NCBI GenBank assembly: GCA_040954595.2
Contig: CM082583.2
Location: 9,809,656 to 9,873,655 of the forward strand
Length of the DNA: 64,000 nucleotides
Source: Balanoglossus misakiensis
Lineage: Eukaryota > Animalia > Hemichordata
Direction: 5' to 3'
Notes under the pieces: generated by a model
The model's database searches: none
What the model saw: the letters and a program-made list of their open reading frames with translations, nothing else
What the model was told of the DNA's origin: nothing
Shown: positions 41,101 through 53,613 of the stretch, piece after piece
How positions within the stretch are numbered: position 1 is the first letter of the stretch
Layout: each line of letters starts with the position of its first letter
Translations under genes and position numbers: made by a program

Positions 41101-41970
41101 TCACTTGTAGAATTTTGCTCAAATTTCCTCTTAAGCAAAAGAAAGATGGATTGATCTGAGATGCGGTGACTGCTCCACTTTCGAACTGCATGTTTTTACA
41201 CTTGAACAAGATGAGATATGTGATAATCTTACGGGATATGGACTTTATTTATACTCATTTCAGAATATCAAGATTACAAGTCAAATCTTTGGAATGCAAT
41301 TTTAATAAAAACAAACATAAATTTAATTAAAATTAATAAATACTAGTAAGTAAAATCTGTTCAAGTTTTATTGTGCTTAAAAACTTAGAAAATATTAATG
41401 TACTTTTCTTCCAAAATAAAGTTAACAAAGGGGTTAAAACAGTTGAAATAATACAATAGAAGAGTTTGACAAGGTGTAAAATTTCCTACTAATGTGCAAA
41501 ATTGTTAAAGAGTTGACTTAAATATAGCTGGCAGTTTTTTGATACCCTTATTAATTAAACCATTAAATACAGCATTACATTTCTTATTGAGCATATATAC
41601 TGCACCAGAGAGGATTGGTTGTTAATAGCACACACACACTGTAAAGTTTCCTGTGATATACTCTTCAAAATCACATTATTATTTCATTTTATTGGATGAA
41701 CACCTGGTCCATGTTGGACGATGTACCGGTCTCATCAGATGCAGTCAATCACACTGCTCATTGCACTGGGTACACTGTAAGATATACATGTACATGTACC
41801 TGAAAACCTGCATGCTTTTAAAAGTCCTGTGCAATTGTTCGCACTCAGAAAAATTCCCTGAGACAGTTGTCGGCCATCTTGCATGTACCCACAGTGTATC
41901 ATTCACACAGGATGACAAAATCCACGAATGACAACAGCCACGGCAACGCCACCCGAAAAAGACGCTGACT

Positions 41971-44281
41971 TCACCACACAATTTTGGACTCCCTTCTGTA
42001 GCTAACAAGTCTTGACAGGCTGGTGGTCGGTCTCTGACTCCTGCTGGCTCGCGGTCTCTTAGTGATGAACTCCTGAATGTGTCTGCTGACGAGCTCTGCA
42101 TTCTCCATCATCACCATGTGACCGGCATCCTCTATCACTTTCAGCTCCGAACCATGAATGGCCTGAAAGAGAGCAGTGTGGTCAAATGAGACACATACAT
42201 GTAGGAAGTCTGAAACTAATCTGTTCTGTTGCATGATGTTATTATTACAACACATTTTGACATCAGCTGCTCTATGTACAATTTTTTACAACTTACCTCA
42301 TTCATCCACTCTTCCTCGTCCTTGGTAACCAGCTTGTCTCTGTTTCCATACATGATGAGCGTATCTGGTGTGATGCACCTGTGATAGTCTTCGTCTCCTT
42401 CCTCCCACACTTGGCCGTTCATCACCCCTTTCAACACATATGACGGTATGTCGAACGAATACTCTCTGTCTTCTGGTGTAACATGCAACCCATGGAAAGC
42501 TTGCCTGTGGATGAGAGAGGATGCATCCAAAATGATCTTTCTTGCCAACTTCAATGTCATTTATTTGTGTGAGTGTTTTGTAAATTGCCAGTTGCCTATG
42601 GCACACTCATTTCATAATGGTCGGCATGTTCGATTACGTAAGCGAAGTTTACGGTCCATGTACTACACAGCAAGGCTGGTTAATTAACAAGAGAGCTGAA
42701 CGGCAAGGCAATTATCCCACGTCATTTCCAATGCAAAACACCCACTCTCAAAACCTTGCAACTTCCAAACAACCAGTCTGTGCTTGTTTCTCTTTATTAT
42801 ACTGGGGGTATACCTAGGCCAATAGTACCTTTACCTGAAGAAAGAATCTTGTAGACATGATCTGCAACAGGCAAGTAGGCATGTGGGCAGACAGAAAACA
42901 TCACAAGTTGCAGGTTTCAACGGTAATGGTCCACCTCCACTGATCATTATCAATTTACTCACACGGTTTCGTCTTTCAGTGGCAAGCTTAGCTGTAAATG
43001 ATGCCCTAAAGGATAGGTAGACACAAACGGAAATGAGGATTGAGGCATTTCCTGAGTTTAAATTAGACAGGACTGGGTTTAACCGTTCATCTCCCCCCCC
43101 CCCCTCCCCCCCCCCCCCCCTTCCACTATTCCACTGGAGAGGTCCATCATTGCCACTGGGAACAATGAAGTTGGACCAAACCATGGTAATGAATGGGACT
43201 TAAGTGTTACAGATCACGACTTATTGCCAAAGTCCCTGGTACCATCTTTCATCAGCCAATCAATAGTTCATTATGCAATTGTATTGTCAACTGTCAGTCT
43301 AAACCTTGGTGACAATGTTGGGTATGTTTTCCGCCATTCGTGTGTTACAAAGGGGATAGATCATTCACTGCGCCTGGCCTCCAAAAGCTCTACACAGATC
43401 ATGAAATATTCATTCCAAAAATGTAGGCATTGATCCTTTGTACTTCACTGGACTGGAAAATTCTACGAAACTTCATCCATTTGGTTCCTTACTAAGTCTC
43501 CACTGCATCACTGTTACAGCTGTACCTGTATGTCTATACATCGTAAAATATTATGAAATGCTACTCACCCATATGAATGACCAACAAGTACATTCTTCTT
43601 CTTACTGTACTTGTCAAAAACAGCCAGTAAATCTTGGTAAAGTTGAAAGAATGTATACGCTGAGGGGTTGCTGGGAGTGCTACTGAAGCCGTGGCCAAGC
43701 ATGTCTGGGGCTACAACTTCATATCCACGGTCGCAAAAGTATCTCAGCTGTTTTGTCCAAACATCTGATGATCCCCCGACTCCATGGAAGAAAAACATGA
43801 CTGCTCTGTTTTCGTCTGTTGGGTAGACGTCTTCTGGGATAATTTTCTGTATTCTTTTTGTGATTTCCTCCGGTGCTAAGTCAATGTCTCGTATACTCAT
43901 TGGTGTTTGTCTGACGGAGTCGTTCCATTCCCCTCTAACCCCGGATTCTATACTTTTCGATCTGACGCGAGTCGACCCGTCTGCAGAAGATGAAGTTCCA
44001 TTCGCTGATATCACATTCTGGGGGACTTCATCAGGACCGTTTTTCATTCCAGACTTGTGGGTTTCCTCACTGTGGTTCAGGACGTGTTCGTCTGTGTGAT
44101 TTGCGACTCCGGTGTCTTGTCGATCACTGCCAGGTGTACTCTTGGCTTTGAGGTGCTGTATTCGCAACGTTCGCTTCGGTCGGATTTGAACCATTTCAAA
44201 CCCTTCATTCTTTCCGGGTGATGGAGCAACCCTTCTTTGCCGCCTTTCTGCGCACAGGCAACAACAGCTGTCTTCTCCCAT
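41971..44281 (-). CDS. ABHD8: Alpha/beta hydrolase domain protein 8; 4 coding exons
   Basis: Exons 44281-43569, 43005-42835, 42504-42297 and 42162-41971. FFHGVGGSSDVW, APDMLGHGFS, nucleophile GHSYG, ISGGGP, and catalytic His in AGHMVMME. Confidence 0.92.
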
Positions 44282-44739
44282 GATGCTTTATCTTTGTATC
44301 CTTGTCACCTGGTTTCCATAGTGATGACTGCACATCGCCAGTTTGGAAATTACCAAGAACTACTGCCTCGTACATTTCCTTTCTGGAAAAAACAAATCAA
44401 ATAAGTTTTTAAAAAATAACAAGCTTTAAATCTATCATAGTCACAAGGTCATTTCTCTCAACTGTACATCAGGGGTTACATTTACACTTAGTTACTGCTT
44501 TGTGTGAAACTGTAAGCAACTGGATCCACTCAAAAGATAACTCCACAATCAACTGAAACATCCCTTATGGGCTATAGTAAATGTGGCTTGTTACATGAAA
44601 CCTTTACTGCTTGACAGCTTATCTCCCACTGCCTTTCTTTACTAAAGACTGCTGACAGCTTTTTAGAATCTTTTCCCATTTCACATTCAGATATATAACC
44701 ATCATTAAGGCGGTACGAAAAGAGGGATTTTCTCTATTT

Positions 44740-44853
44740 TTCATTCATTCATTCATTCATTCATTCATTCATTCATTCATTCATTCATTCATTCATTCAT
44801 TCATTCATTCATTCATTCATTCATTCATTCATTCATTCATTCATTCATTCATT
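44740..44853. repeat. (TTCA)n tetranucleotide microsatellite upstream of the ABHD8 coding start
   Basis: Directly visible perfect run. Confidence 0.98.
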
Positions 44854-45515
44854 ATTTACTTCATCTGTAAGATTTCATAAAATCTTTAAACTAGTAGCCT
44901 TTCAAAGCATATGTTCGAATTACATATATTATGAATCAAAACGGAGGGGGGGGGGGGTGTCTCAACATTTACCGTGTGAAGTCCCAGCATCATCACATTG
45001 ACAACGGACAATAATCGAGAAATACAGCAAATTATGTTACTTACATTAGGGTTTGATACTGCCATATCGAATGAAAATCGATCCTTATGTATCTTCTTCT
45101 ACTGTATTGGCAAGTGTCTAGTAAAACGCAAGCTTCGTTCAGAATCGATCCAGCCTAGTTGTTGACAAACGTTGTTTACATGACAACCGGTGGTCTTGTC
45201 TGTACCTCAAATGTCAAATATCTGACCTTGTTTACCTCCTAACAAGAAGAATTTAACCATATGGCCGCCTTTAATTTAATCAGCAAAATATCATTTGTTT
45301 TGCCTTTTTTACATAAAAAAAGACGTATAATAAAGCTGAAATTATATATTCTACGTAAAAACGCAACAAAATGTATCGAAATGTATCAATTTTCAAATTA
45401 TTCTGAATCTACCATTCTTGATTATTTTACCTCGCCTAAATGGTCCGTATTAGCACTGTGCGTGCGTGACCCTGAAATTCACATGTGAAATTTGCGGAGA
45501 GGAACTAACAACAAA

Positions 45516-46242
45516 ATGTTCTTGACAAACATCACACGTGGAATCTACAAGACGGTCATGTCTCCAATATCAAGGTTAGTTTTCAAGTTAAGACAATATC
45601 TCAACTTTCGCTCTCCATACATTGATATTCTGGCACCTTTTCACTTGGAACATACATGGTAACCCCCCCCCCCCCCCCCCCGGCCTGGCGAGGCTCTTGC
45701 CTGGTTTGCTATTATAGGTTGGACGGTTAAACCAGATCTGGTTTGGGGAATACTTGATCAGTACATATTACGTTGTATAATTATGGCTTTTAGTTGCCGA
45801 GCCACTGTGGCACAATGCTGCGCGTTAAAATGCTGTTGCCGTAAAAGGGCCTGTGGTTTACGACGATGTGTTGAATCTATGAATGATGCAAGTGTTGTAT
45901 GGTTTTTGTTGAAGGTTTTCATGGAGAGCAGGCATTGCAGCCACCCAGTCAGCTCACATGTCAACAGGGCAGCCTCACCACATTGCACAAGGACACAAAC
46001 AATTCACTTATCTGTTGCCAAGACTATCTTTATTTGGAAATCTGTCTTCATTATTCGGGCAACGTCCAGGAGTTCTTCTCCAACCTTGTCGCACAAACAC
46101 AAGAGGCAACACATATCAGCCAAGTGTTATGAAGAGGATTAGAAAACATGGGTGGAAGGCGAGACTGAAGACCAAATCGGGCATCAAAGTCATTCTCAGA
46201 CGCAAACTGAAAGGAAGAAAGTTGCTGACGCATGTTTCATGA
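45516..46242 (+). CDS. MRPL34: Mitochondrial ribosomal protein L34 (bL34m); 2 coding exons
   Basis: Exon 45516-45574 ([19 protein letters not shown], presequence-like) splices in frame to 45915-46242, which ends with [44 protein letters not shown] (L34 signature). Confidence 0.94.
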
Positions 46243-47785
46243 TGTCTGTTAGATTACAGTAGATTTCGGCCAGGCATAGCAAGTGTGACGTAATTTACCC
46301 CGAGCTGTGTCAGATGATGCCAACCAGCAGAGAAGTTGCTGCTCTTCCAACAGAAGAGTTTCCCTTTTTGAACAATTGAAGTTGAGAAACAATGTGTGAG
46401 CATTCATAACGACCTGACAAACTCAAGTGAATTTTAAATAAAAAGAGGTTATGTTTATCTGACGATTAGACATTGTCTTCTGATCAATCGGCAAATCATG
46501 AGATAGCCACTACTCACTCACACACAGCAAATTGGTAATTTCCCCTCTGGATACTACAAGAAACACACTCGCAAAGATTAGTGATTAAATTAGTTGTACC
46601 TTTATTGAGATTCATTCTGTTTTGCACTCGATCAACCCAATTATGTCTTACCATGCCCAGTGTCGCAAACCCAAGGTTAGAAAAATACAAATAAAATGAT
46701 CAGAGGAGCTGAGGCTATTTGCTCTAAATTGCCTACTCAAATATCCTGGTAAATAACCTAAATTGCTCATCTTTTCAAATGAATAAGACCATATTTTATG
46801 TTGCGTACACTAGTAAAACATTTGAAGTATATACCAAAGGATCAAGACAGCAAAAAAATAACCTTTCAAGAATCTACAGCTTACTTTACCAATATAAATG
46901 ATAGTTTTTACAAGAAAAATGCCTTAGGTTTTCAGAAATACAACTATTCTACATCAAAGCCTTTGGCTGTTAATAAAAGGAAATTTACAAACACCATTTA
47001 CGAGATATGAAAGCTGAGGTGTAAAAATTTTATTATATAACTAATTTCATTTGTTACTATGTTACATTTCAATTAAACTGGCCTAACTCTTTCACCCCTG
47101 TTTCCTTCTAAAGAGGTCCAACTTTATCATAGAAAACAATTGGACCATACCATGGTGGTGAAAGGGCTACAGACTAGCACTACTGTTGTAGGAATATCTG
47201 GGCTAATATGGGAAAATATCTTAAATAATTTGATCATGTGTGCATTTTGATTCTTTGAAAACCCTGATATCATGGAAAAATAATGCTATGTTACAGAAAA
47301 TTCCAGCTAGGCTAAATTGTTGCACATTCATTTGTAATATACCAAATCAAATTTCAAAGGACCATAATCGCGAATGTAATGCCGACTTCAAACAAATATA
47401 TACACATAATGATATGAGCCAGTCACAGATTTCCTCCAGTCTTCAAATTGGTTGTGAGAAACCAGACTTCATGTTTGTGGAACGTGAACAACTTCTCTGC
47501 TGTAATTGTTCCCACAGACAGAAAATTTTAACATTCATCTTGATTTTTACAGCAGTTTGTCCACAACGCCCATCTTCCGCCATATGTTGTCAATAAACTC
47601 TACACGAGCATTATTTTCTCCCAAGCAATGCAACAAAGTCACTTGACTGTCGCAGGAGCTGCCAAACAAAAAGGAAGAACTGACAGAGAAGCAGCTGAAG
47701 TATTTGCAAAACAATTGATACACTACTAGAAAACATGCAACAGAGAAAGAAACAGAATCTGGTTGTGCATAAAAAATTTCAATCT

Positions 47786-50055
47786 CTAGTCTGTTTGTGA
47801 TGGTTTTTCCTCCTCAATCGTGTCCGCTTCCTCCTCCTCACCATCATTATCATCATCATCGTCGTCGTCGTCATCATCCTGAATCGTGTCCGCTTCCTCC
47901 TCCTCCTTCTCACCATCATCATCATCATCATCTTCGTCGTCATCATCATCATCATCTTCAAGAGTTGCTGCAGCACTAGATGAACTTTCACCTTTCTCTG
48001 ATGCTGGGGGTGTGTCAACGATAGATGGATCTCTGGCACTGTAATGTGTGTCGTGGTATTGTCTCAGATGAATCTAAGATATGGAAGAGAAATGACCCAC
48101 AACGTTTAATACAAGTTGCCTTTATATAAAGCTATCTATATTGCAAATTGGAAACTATAAACCCCAACCGTTCTTTTTGTGAAAATACTGAAAGGTCATA
48201 ATCATAACAGTTGATTATATTGCAGCCTGTTTTTCAATTTGAATCTCATTTTCTTACAAACTCCACGGCTGTTGGCTCTGCAGAAGTGTGAACTAAAATG
48301 TACTTAGTCTACCTTAATGTGTAAGGTGACTTCGGAACTTCGACTCAGATACGGAAAGTTGCCCCCGGACTTGAGGTGAGCTCGCTTTGCTTCAGGGAAA
48401 CACTTGTACATTTCTTCTTTGACTGCCACAGAGAGGGCGCTCTCGTCAAAGACGTCCATCATTGTGATGTCAACATTTTTCAATTTCTGTGGTTCTACGT
48501 AGGAATCTTTGCAATTCAGTGTGAGTCGCGACGCTAACTGCGATTGATTGAGACTATCCAGCTGCAATATAAAGGAAAACATATATCATGTACATTTAAT
48601 ACTAAGTATCATATCTCTCATAATATTGGGTATCGTCATATCAAATATCGTGTTATACTTCATATTGGGGCTGTAAGTATAAAAACTGTAAAAAACAATT
48701 TACCCTCTCGACCATGAAGTCTATGGAGTCAGCCATGTCCCCGTCTGTTAATCTGGTGTTGAAATTTGCCATCACCATTCGTTTAAGTATAAATGCTGGC
48801 ACCAGCCAAAACCTACACATGAGAGGCAAAGATGAAATGAATATTGTACCTGTGTGTACATGTACATTGTAACACCATTTCATGTTAGAAACGACAAACA
48901 AAAGATCATTGTGAAAGCAAAGTTTCTTGAAATAATATCTGCAAGTAAAATGAGTCCATATGTGTCCTACTTTGCTGCATGTTGGCAAGCCTGCTGTTAA
49001 AACAGACAATCAACTTACGTTGGTGCCGCCATCTTCTGTTGGAACACGGCTGTATCTATGAATGCATTGCAGGTAATTAATGACTGGACTCTTGGGCTTT
49101 TGTAAGTGTGTTCAGCAAACTTGAGAGCCATGTAACCTCCTAATGAAGCGCCGAATATATGCACCTGCAAGACACACAAATGTCACTGGAACTGTGTTTC
49201 CTGGTAGACAGGGCCAAAGCAATCTGCCTATCTATAAATTTATTAAGAAAACACATATTTGACACCACTTATAACAATGAAAACAGGTCTTACCTTGTCT
49301 AACTGTAAATGGTCCAACAGTTTTCGAAATCCTTCACAAAATTCTGGAATGGACCAGTATACTGGAAACTCCATCTACAAGTCAAGACACACAGAGAACT
49401 GGCATTAGTGAAATCCACCGCATAAATTGTTATCAGCTAAGATCGGAATTCATGGATTTAGCGATAACATCCACCAAGTGTAACACCCACCCCTCCCCCA
49501 CTGACTTACTGATATGACTCTGTAGCCTTGTCCAGCAAGGGACAACATCTGTTGGTAGTAGACATCTGCAGTGCCACTGACTGGGGGGAAACAAACCAAT
49601 GGGCATTTCACACACCGAGGACCTGCATCGTACATTATCCATTCTTTGCTGTCGTCATCGTCGACCACCACCTGCACAATGAAATATAAACACGTATGAA
49701 CAAAACAGACTCCAATACTGCATAATGAAATGTACATACATGACAAGACATTATGCTTTCTTGGGAAATCTGTTCAATGCAGAATGCAACAGGTCAAGGT
49801 TTAACTTTAATCGGGTAAGACCGCGTACCTATACCTCTTCCAGTGAGCCATAATGTACAAATCATGTTAATATTCAACTTTTGTCTGTTGTTGACCAATC
49901 ACGAATGGCAACATGATAGATTGAGATTCAACAGTCAAACTTCTGAAGCATAATTCATCAATTAACTGTTTTGAAGAATTTTACTCTCTTACCCTTTTCT
50001 GGGACACCGTTGCCCTGAAACTTTTATATTCTTGCGATTTGTACAGTGTGGACAT
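47786..50055 (-). CDS. SPG21: Maspardin (SPG21/ACP33) with an acidic C-terminal extension; 7 coding exons
   Basis: Exons 50055-49993, 49671-49510, 49374-49294, 49164-49019, 48812-48704, 48561-48313 and 48073-47786. [52 protein letters not shown]. Confidence 0.96.
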
Positions 50056-51209
50056 TATTCATCAACGTATGGATACGCTGCGAAGAAATGTTTTTGCAGT
50101 GTCGATCCGATAATACGAACACTAGGGAACGAACAGTCACCAGATCAGTGTGTGCCACTTCCGGGTTGTGATCATCCACGTCACTTCTTCGATGAAAATA
50201 AACTTTAACAAGAAATCATCTCGCTTGTAATATCCGCAGTAATTGTCCTCATGAGGGAGTTAATAAAATTAACTAGCACCTCACGATTTTGTCGAGCACA
50301 GGCCCACTTTAGCTGTCCCAAGTCACGTCAACTTGTACGCCTTCGTTGTATGACCTCACAAAATGCGCATGACCCCACCACACCAATCACGAGTTGTAAA
50401 CTTTTCATATGGCAGCCTTCGCTATCAATAATAATGTACCCCAGTTCTGAACTTTCAACGAAACTCTCTAAATTATTATACTAAGCGCTTCTTTATGTAA
50501 TTGTTTTGTTTAATTTGAGAATATTGCAAAAATATGTAAATAAATGTGCATAGTTTTCGCTTTACTTTAATAAGGAAGCTAAGGCGCCTCTCCCAGGGTG
50601 AAACCAGACAATATGACGTCACTTTCACGGTGCTGAAGTTATTCTCGTTTTCGTATTCGTATTCGGGTTCATTCTCGTATTCGTTTTCGTATTGGAGTCA
50701 CTGACAGAAGCGAGGTATTTTTAGCCCCCGATTCCACCAGGAAACAGAAATTTACAGGGTGTATACAAATTTGCGTACATTCATTGTATGTTAAAATAAC
50801 TGTACATGTCGGGGATTCTGCAATTTTGAAATAAAAGCCTTCTTTTGACGTTTTAGAAGGAAAAGGTGTTTTCCCCGAATTGGAGGAAAGAACCCCAAAA
50901 CAAACTTTGAGATTTTCATTTTCGTATTCGTATTCGCCTAGCGCCTTACCATGTGGACCGAGGGTACGGGCACTTGAGAAGTGCTGTAATTATTACTTTC
51001 ACAACCTTGTTAGATTCATGTCTGTATTATAAAGTTTTGTTAAGATTGGTGCAATGATTCACTGCCAATACTGTCATGGTGCTTTTCATATACAACCATA
51101 TGATATTCAGCAACATTTTGATCTTTGAAACCTTCACATGGCTGGTACTTAATTTGTCTTTCACCTGTTGTAGTTGACAGGTAAAACAATGACAACAATA
51201 ATAGTGACA

Positions 51210-51686
51210 TCAATCAATAGCAGTTTATTCATGTAAAGGGCCACCGCCCATCGTACTATACAACTTACAGAAAATATACTTTAACAAAAGGGTGGTCACG
51301 TGAGGCAAAGTTTAACGAATGTACAGGCAAAGAATAATTTGTGGAGCATAAAGTAAATTAAGATGAATTCAAATATTCTCTTCTCTTTAGAAAAGCTTTA
51401 TAAATGTAAACGTAGTTTGAAAATAAAATTGGATTTCCTTGTTGAAAATGAGATGATTTTATCTCTAGTCAGATTTTTGTTCATACCAGTGGGGAGTAAA
51501 TCCCTACGAAGTGTTACATAAAGTGGACAATACATAATGAAATGAAGTTCATCTTCTTGTATGAATACATTTTGTTTTTCGCAAAAAGGACAAATTCTAT
51601 GTATATCGAGGTGGGTACATGTATGTCTTCTAGTTTCAATAACTAAACTATGATTTGAACAGTGAAATTTTGACAATGCAAATTTC
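51210..51686 (-). mobile_element. 5'-truncated non-LTR retrotransposon (CR1/L2-group-like) remnant 1
   Basis: ORF2 C-terminal motif LSKFHCSNHSLVIETRRH..RICPFC..EDELHFIMYCPLY..LR; minus-strand AATAAA at ~51224-51229 followed by an (ATTG)-like tail. Confidence 0.8.
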
Positions 51687-52500
51687 AACAATAATAATAA
51701 CTTTATTGCACAACAACACACTCAGGGAGTGCGGTAAGGCAAAATTTACACAACTGGACGAAGCTGCTGCTGGGGGTGGATATAAATATAAATATATAAA
51801 TTAAAATATATAGATATAAATTTCACAAGAGGAAGTTTATCTTTGTGAGTAAAAAAATACATGAACTTTTCTCTTTCATTTAAATCAAGAAAGCCAGGAT
51901 TATATAAACTTGTGGATAAAAATAGAATGTCTCTATAAGCGCTATATTTTGGATATTCTATAACAAAGTGAAATTCGTCCTCAACTAAAGACTCGCATTG
52001 TTTGCAGAATCTTTCATTTAGTGGAACTATTGGCATTGACCTACCCAATTCTATTTAAAGGTTATGATCAGAAATTCTAAGTTTGTTATCCACTTCCTTT
52101 TAGTAAAAGATCTTATATCTAACAAATAACTTTCAAATTTAAAGCTTGTCTTAAATAGTCTATAAGTTCGGAGCTTGTTCTTCTGTATTCCACATTTTCT
52201 TGTATCATTATGTATATTTCTCAGCCAAGTTTGTTCATAAGTTTCGCATAAACTATCATATACATGTTTAACTGGAATTGATATTGCAAATAGAAGTCCA
52301 TATGTCCCTCCCACTATACGAGTTCAATACCAGACTGAAATGGCGAAAGAATACCATTACTATCAAGAAAATTCATAAGCCTGCTATTCAACACATAGGT
52401 AAATAGTTTTGCAAGACAACTACTTATAGAAATTCCTCTATAAATTTGATGGATCACTTGTATCACCTGATTTGAATGCAGGGACCAAATATGCCTTCTT
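51687..52500 (-). mobile_element. Degraded non-LTR retrotransposon remnant 2 (internally deleted, frameshifted)
   Basis: RT N-terminal piece YRGISISSCLAKLFTYVLNSRL..FLDSNGILSPFQSG; C-terminal KNKLRTYRLFKTSFKFESYL and ERFCKQCESLVEDEFHFVIE; minus-strand AATAAA plus (TTA)n tail at ~51690-51708. Confidence 0.8.
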
Positions 52501-53613
52501 CCAAGCATTTGGAAATGTTCCTGATCTAAGGATGACATTGAATAATGAACAATAATACCGGTAATAGTAGTAGTAAGCATCACGTTATTCAGTATATATA
52601 TATCAATAATAATAATGCATTTTTGATACACATGAAACATTTTCACAGAAAGATACAGTAGATAATCATCATTTCATGTAGACAAAATATTACTAGTGGT
52701 GTGGATAACATAATCCAAGCTAGAGCCAATGTCTCTTAGGTTTTGAAATTTTGGAGAAATTTGGCGTATATTTGGATTTGTTGTCACATTTTAAACTCAA
52801 GTTGTGATAATTTTCACATCTGTGGCATCACCTACATGATGGGCTCATTTTTCTTTCTTTTTCAAAGGAGGTTAGAAAGTGTTCAATATTCTGTGATTTT
52901 ACAAATCTTCCTGACAGCAACCATTCCCTAGATCTTTGAATCCTTCAGTATCACCATAAGAGCATCAACAGGTGTCCTTTACAGCCAGCTGTCCTATAAA
53001 GAGATAAAATTCTATTCAATCTTTGGCTTTAAAAAATCTGCTTAAAAGAGAGGGAGAGAGAAGAGTGAGACTGTCACTGTGAGTGAGAGATGGTCATTAT
53101 GTTTGCATATGATATGAACGTTCAATAAAGTACCTGGCATATCTGTAGGAATCAAACACTTGAAACAGGTAGAATTTCCAGATCTAGGCCATCCGATCAG
53201 CAGAAATGTCCTCTGAAAGTAATAATTACAGCACTTCTCAAGTGCCCGTACCCTTGGTCCACATGGTAAGGCGCTAGGCGAATACGAATACGAATACGAA
53301 AATGAAAATCTCAAAGTTTGTTTTGGGGTTCTTTCCTCCAATTCGGGGAAAACACCTTTTCCTTCCAAAACGTCAAAAGAAGGCTTTTATTTCAAAATTG
53401 CAGAATCCCCGACATGTACAGTTATTTTAACATACAATGAATGTACGCAAATTTGTATACACCCTGTAAATTTCTGTTTCCTGGTGGAATCGGGGGCTAA
53501 AAATACCTCGCTTCTGTCAGTGACTCCAATACGAAAACGAATACGAGAATGAACCCGAATACGAATACGAAAACGAGAATAACTTCAGCACCGTGTCACT
53601 TTCAACATCGAAA

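Larger units (their letters stand above)
50626..53595. mobile_element. Non-autonomous foldback DNA transposon with ~380-bp TIRs and a target-site duplication (P/Galileo-like or Mutator-like)
   Basis: Left TIR 50626-51001 is the reverse complement of right TIR 53214-53595 (two substitutions and one 6-bp repeat-unit indel seen). Termini are CACGGTG...CACCGTG. Flanking direct repeat TCACTTT at 50619-50625 and 53596-53602 (GTCACTTTC, 9 bp, if the terminal bases are counted as target). Confidence 0.92.

Noticed and set aside
43093-43120. Poly-C/G runs (also near 3598, 9193, 14277, 45663 and 55577) as G-quadruplex elements
   Set aside because: Homopolymers recur throughout the introns and their lengths are error-prone; nothing specific supports a function.
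47779-48039. Poly-Met/Arg and poly-His ORFs
   Set aside because: Alternative frames of the acidic SPG21 last exon.
50626-50632. TIR terminus CACGGTG resembles the RSS heptamer CACAGTG (Transib/ProtoRAG)
   Set aside because: Those families make 5-bp TSDs. Here the flanking 5-mers differ (ACTTT versus TCACT), the duplication is 7 or 9 bp, and there is no nonamer or RAG-like ORF.
50643-50692. TTCGTA arrays as a CRISPR-like repeat
   Set aside because: Contiguous degenerate hexamers without spacers, in a eukaryotic TIR, with no cas genes.
53042-53368. 108-aa ORF (FSFSYSYSYS)
   Set aside because: Lies largely within the right TIR; the repeat-derived translation has no coding signature.
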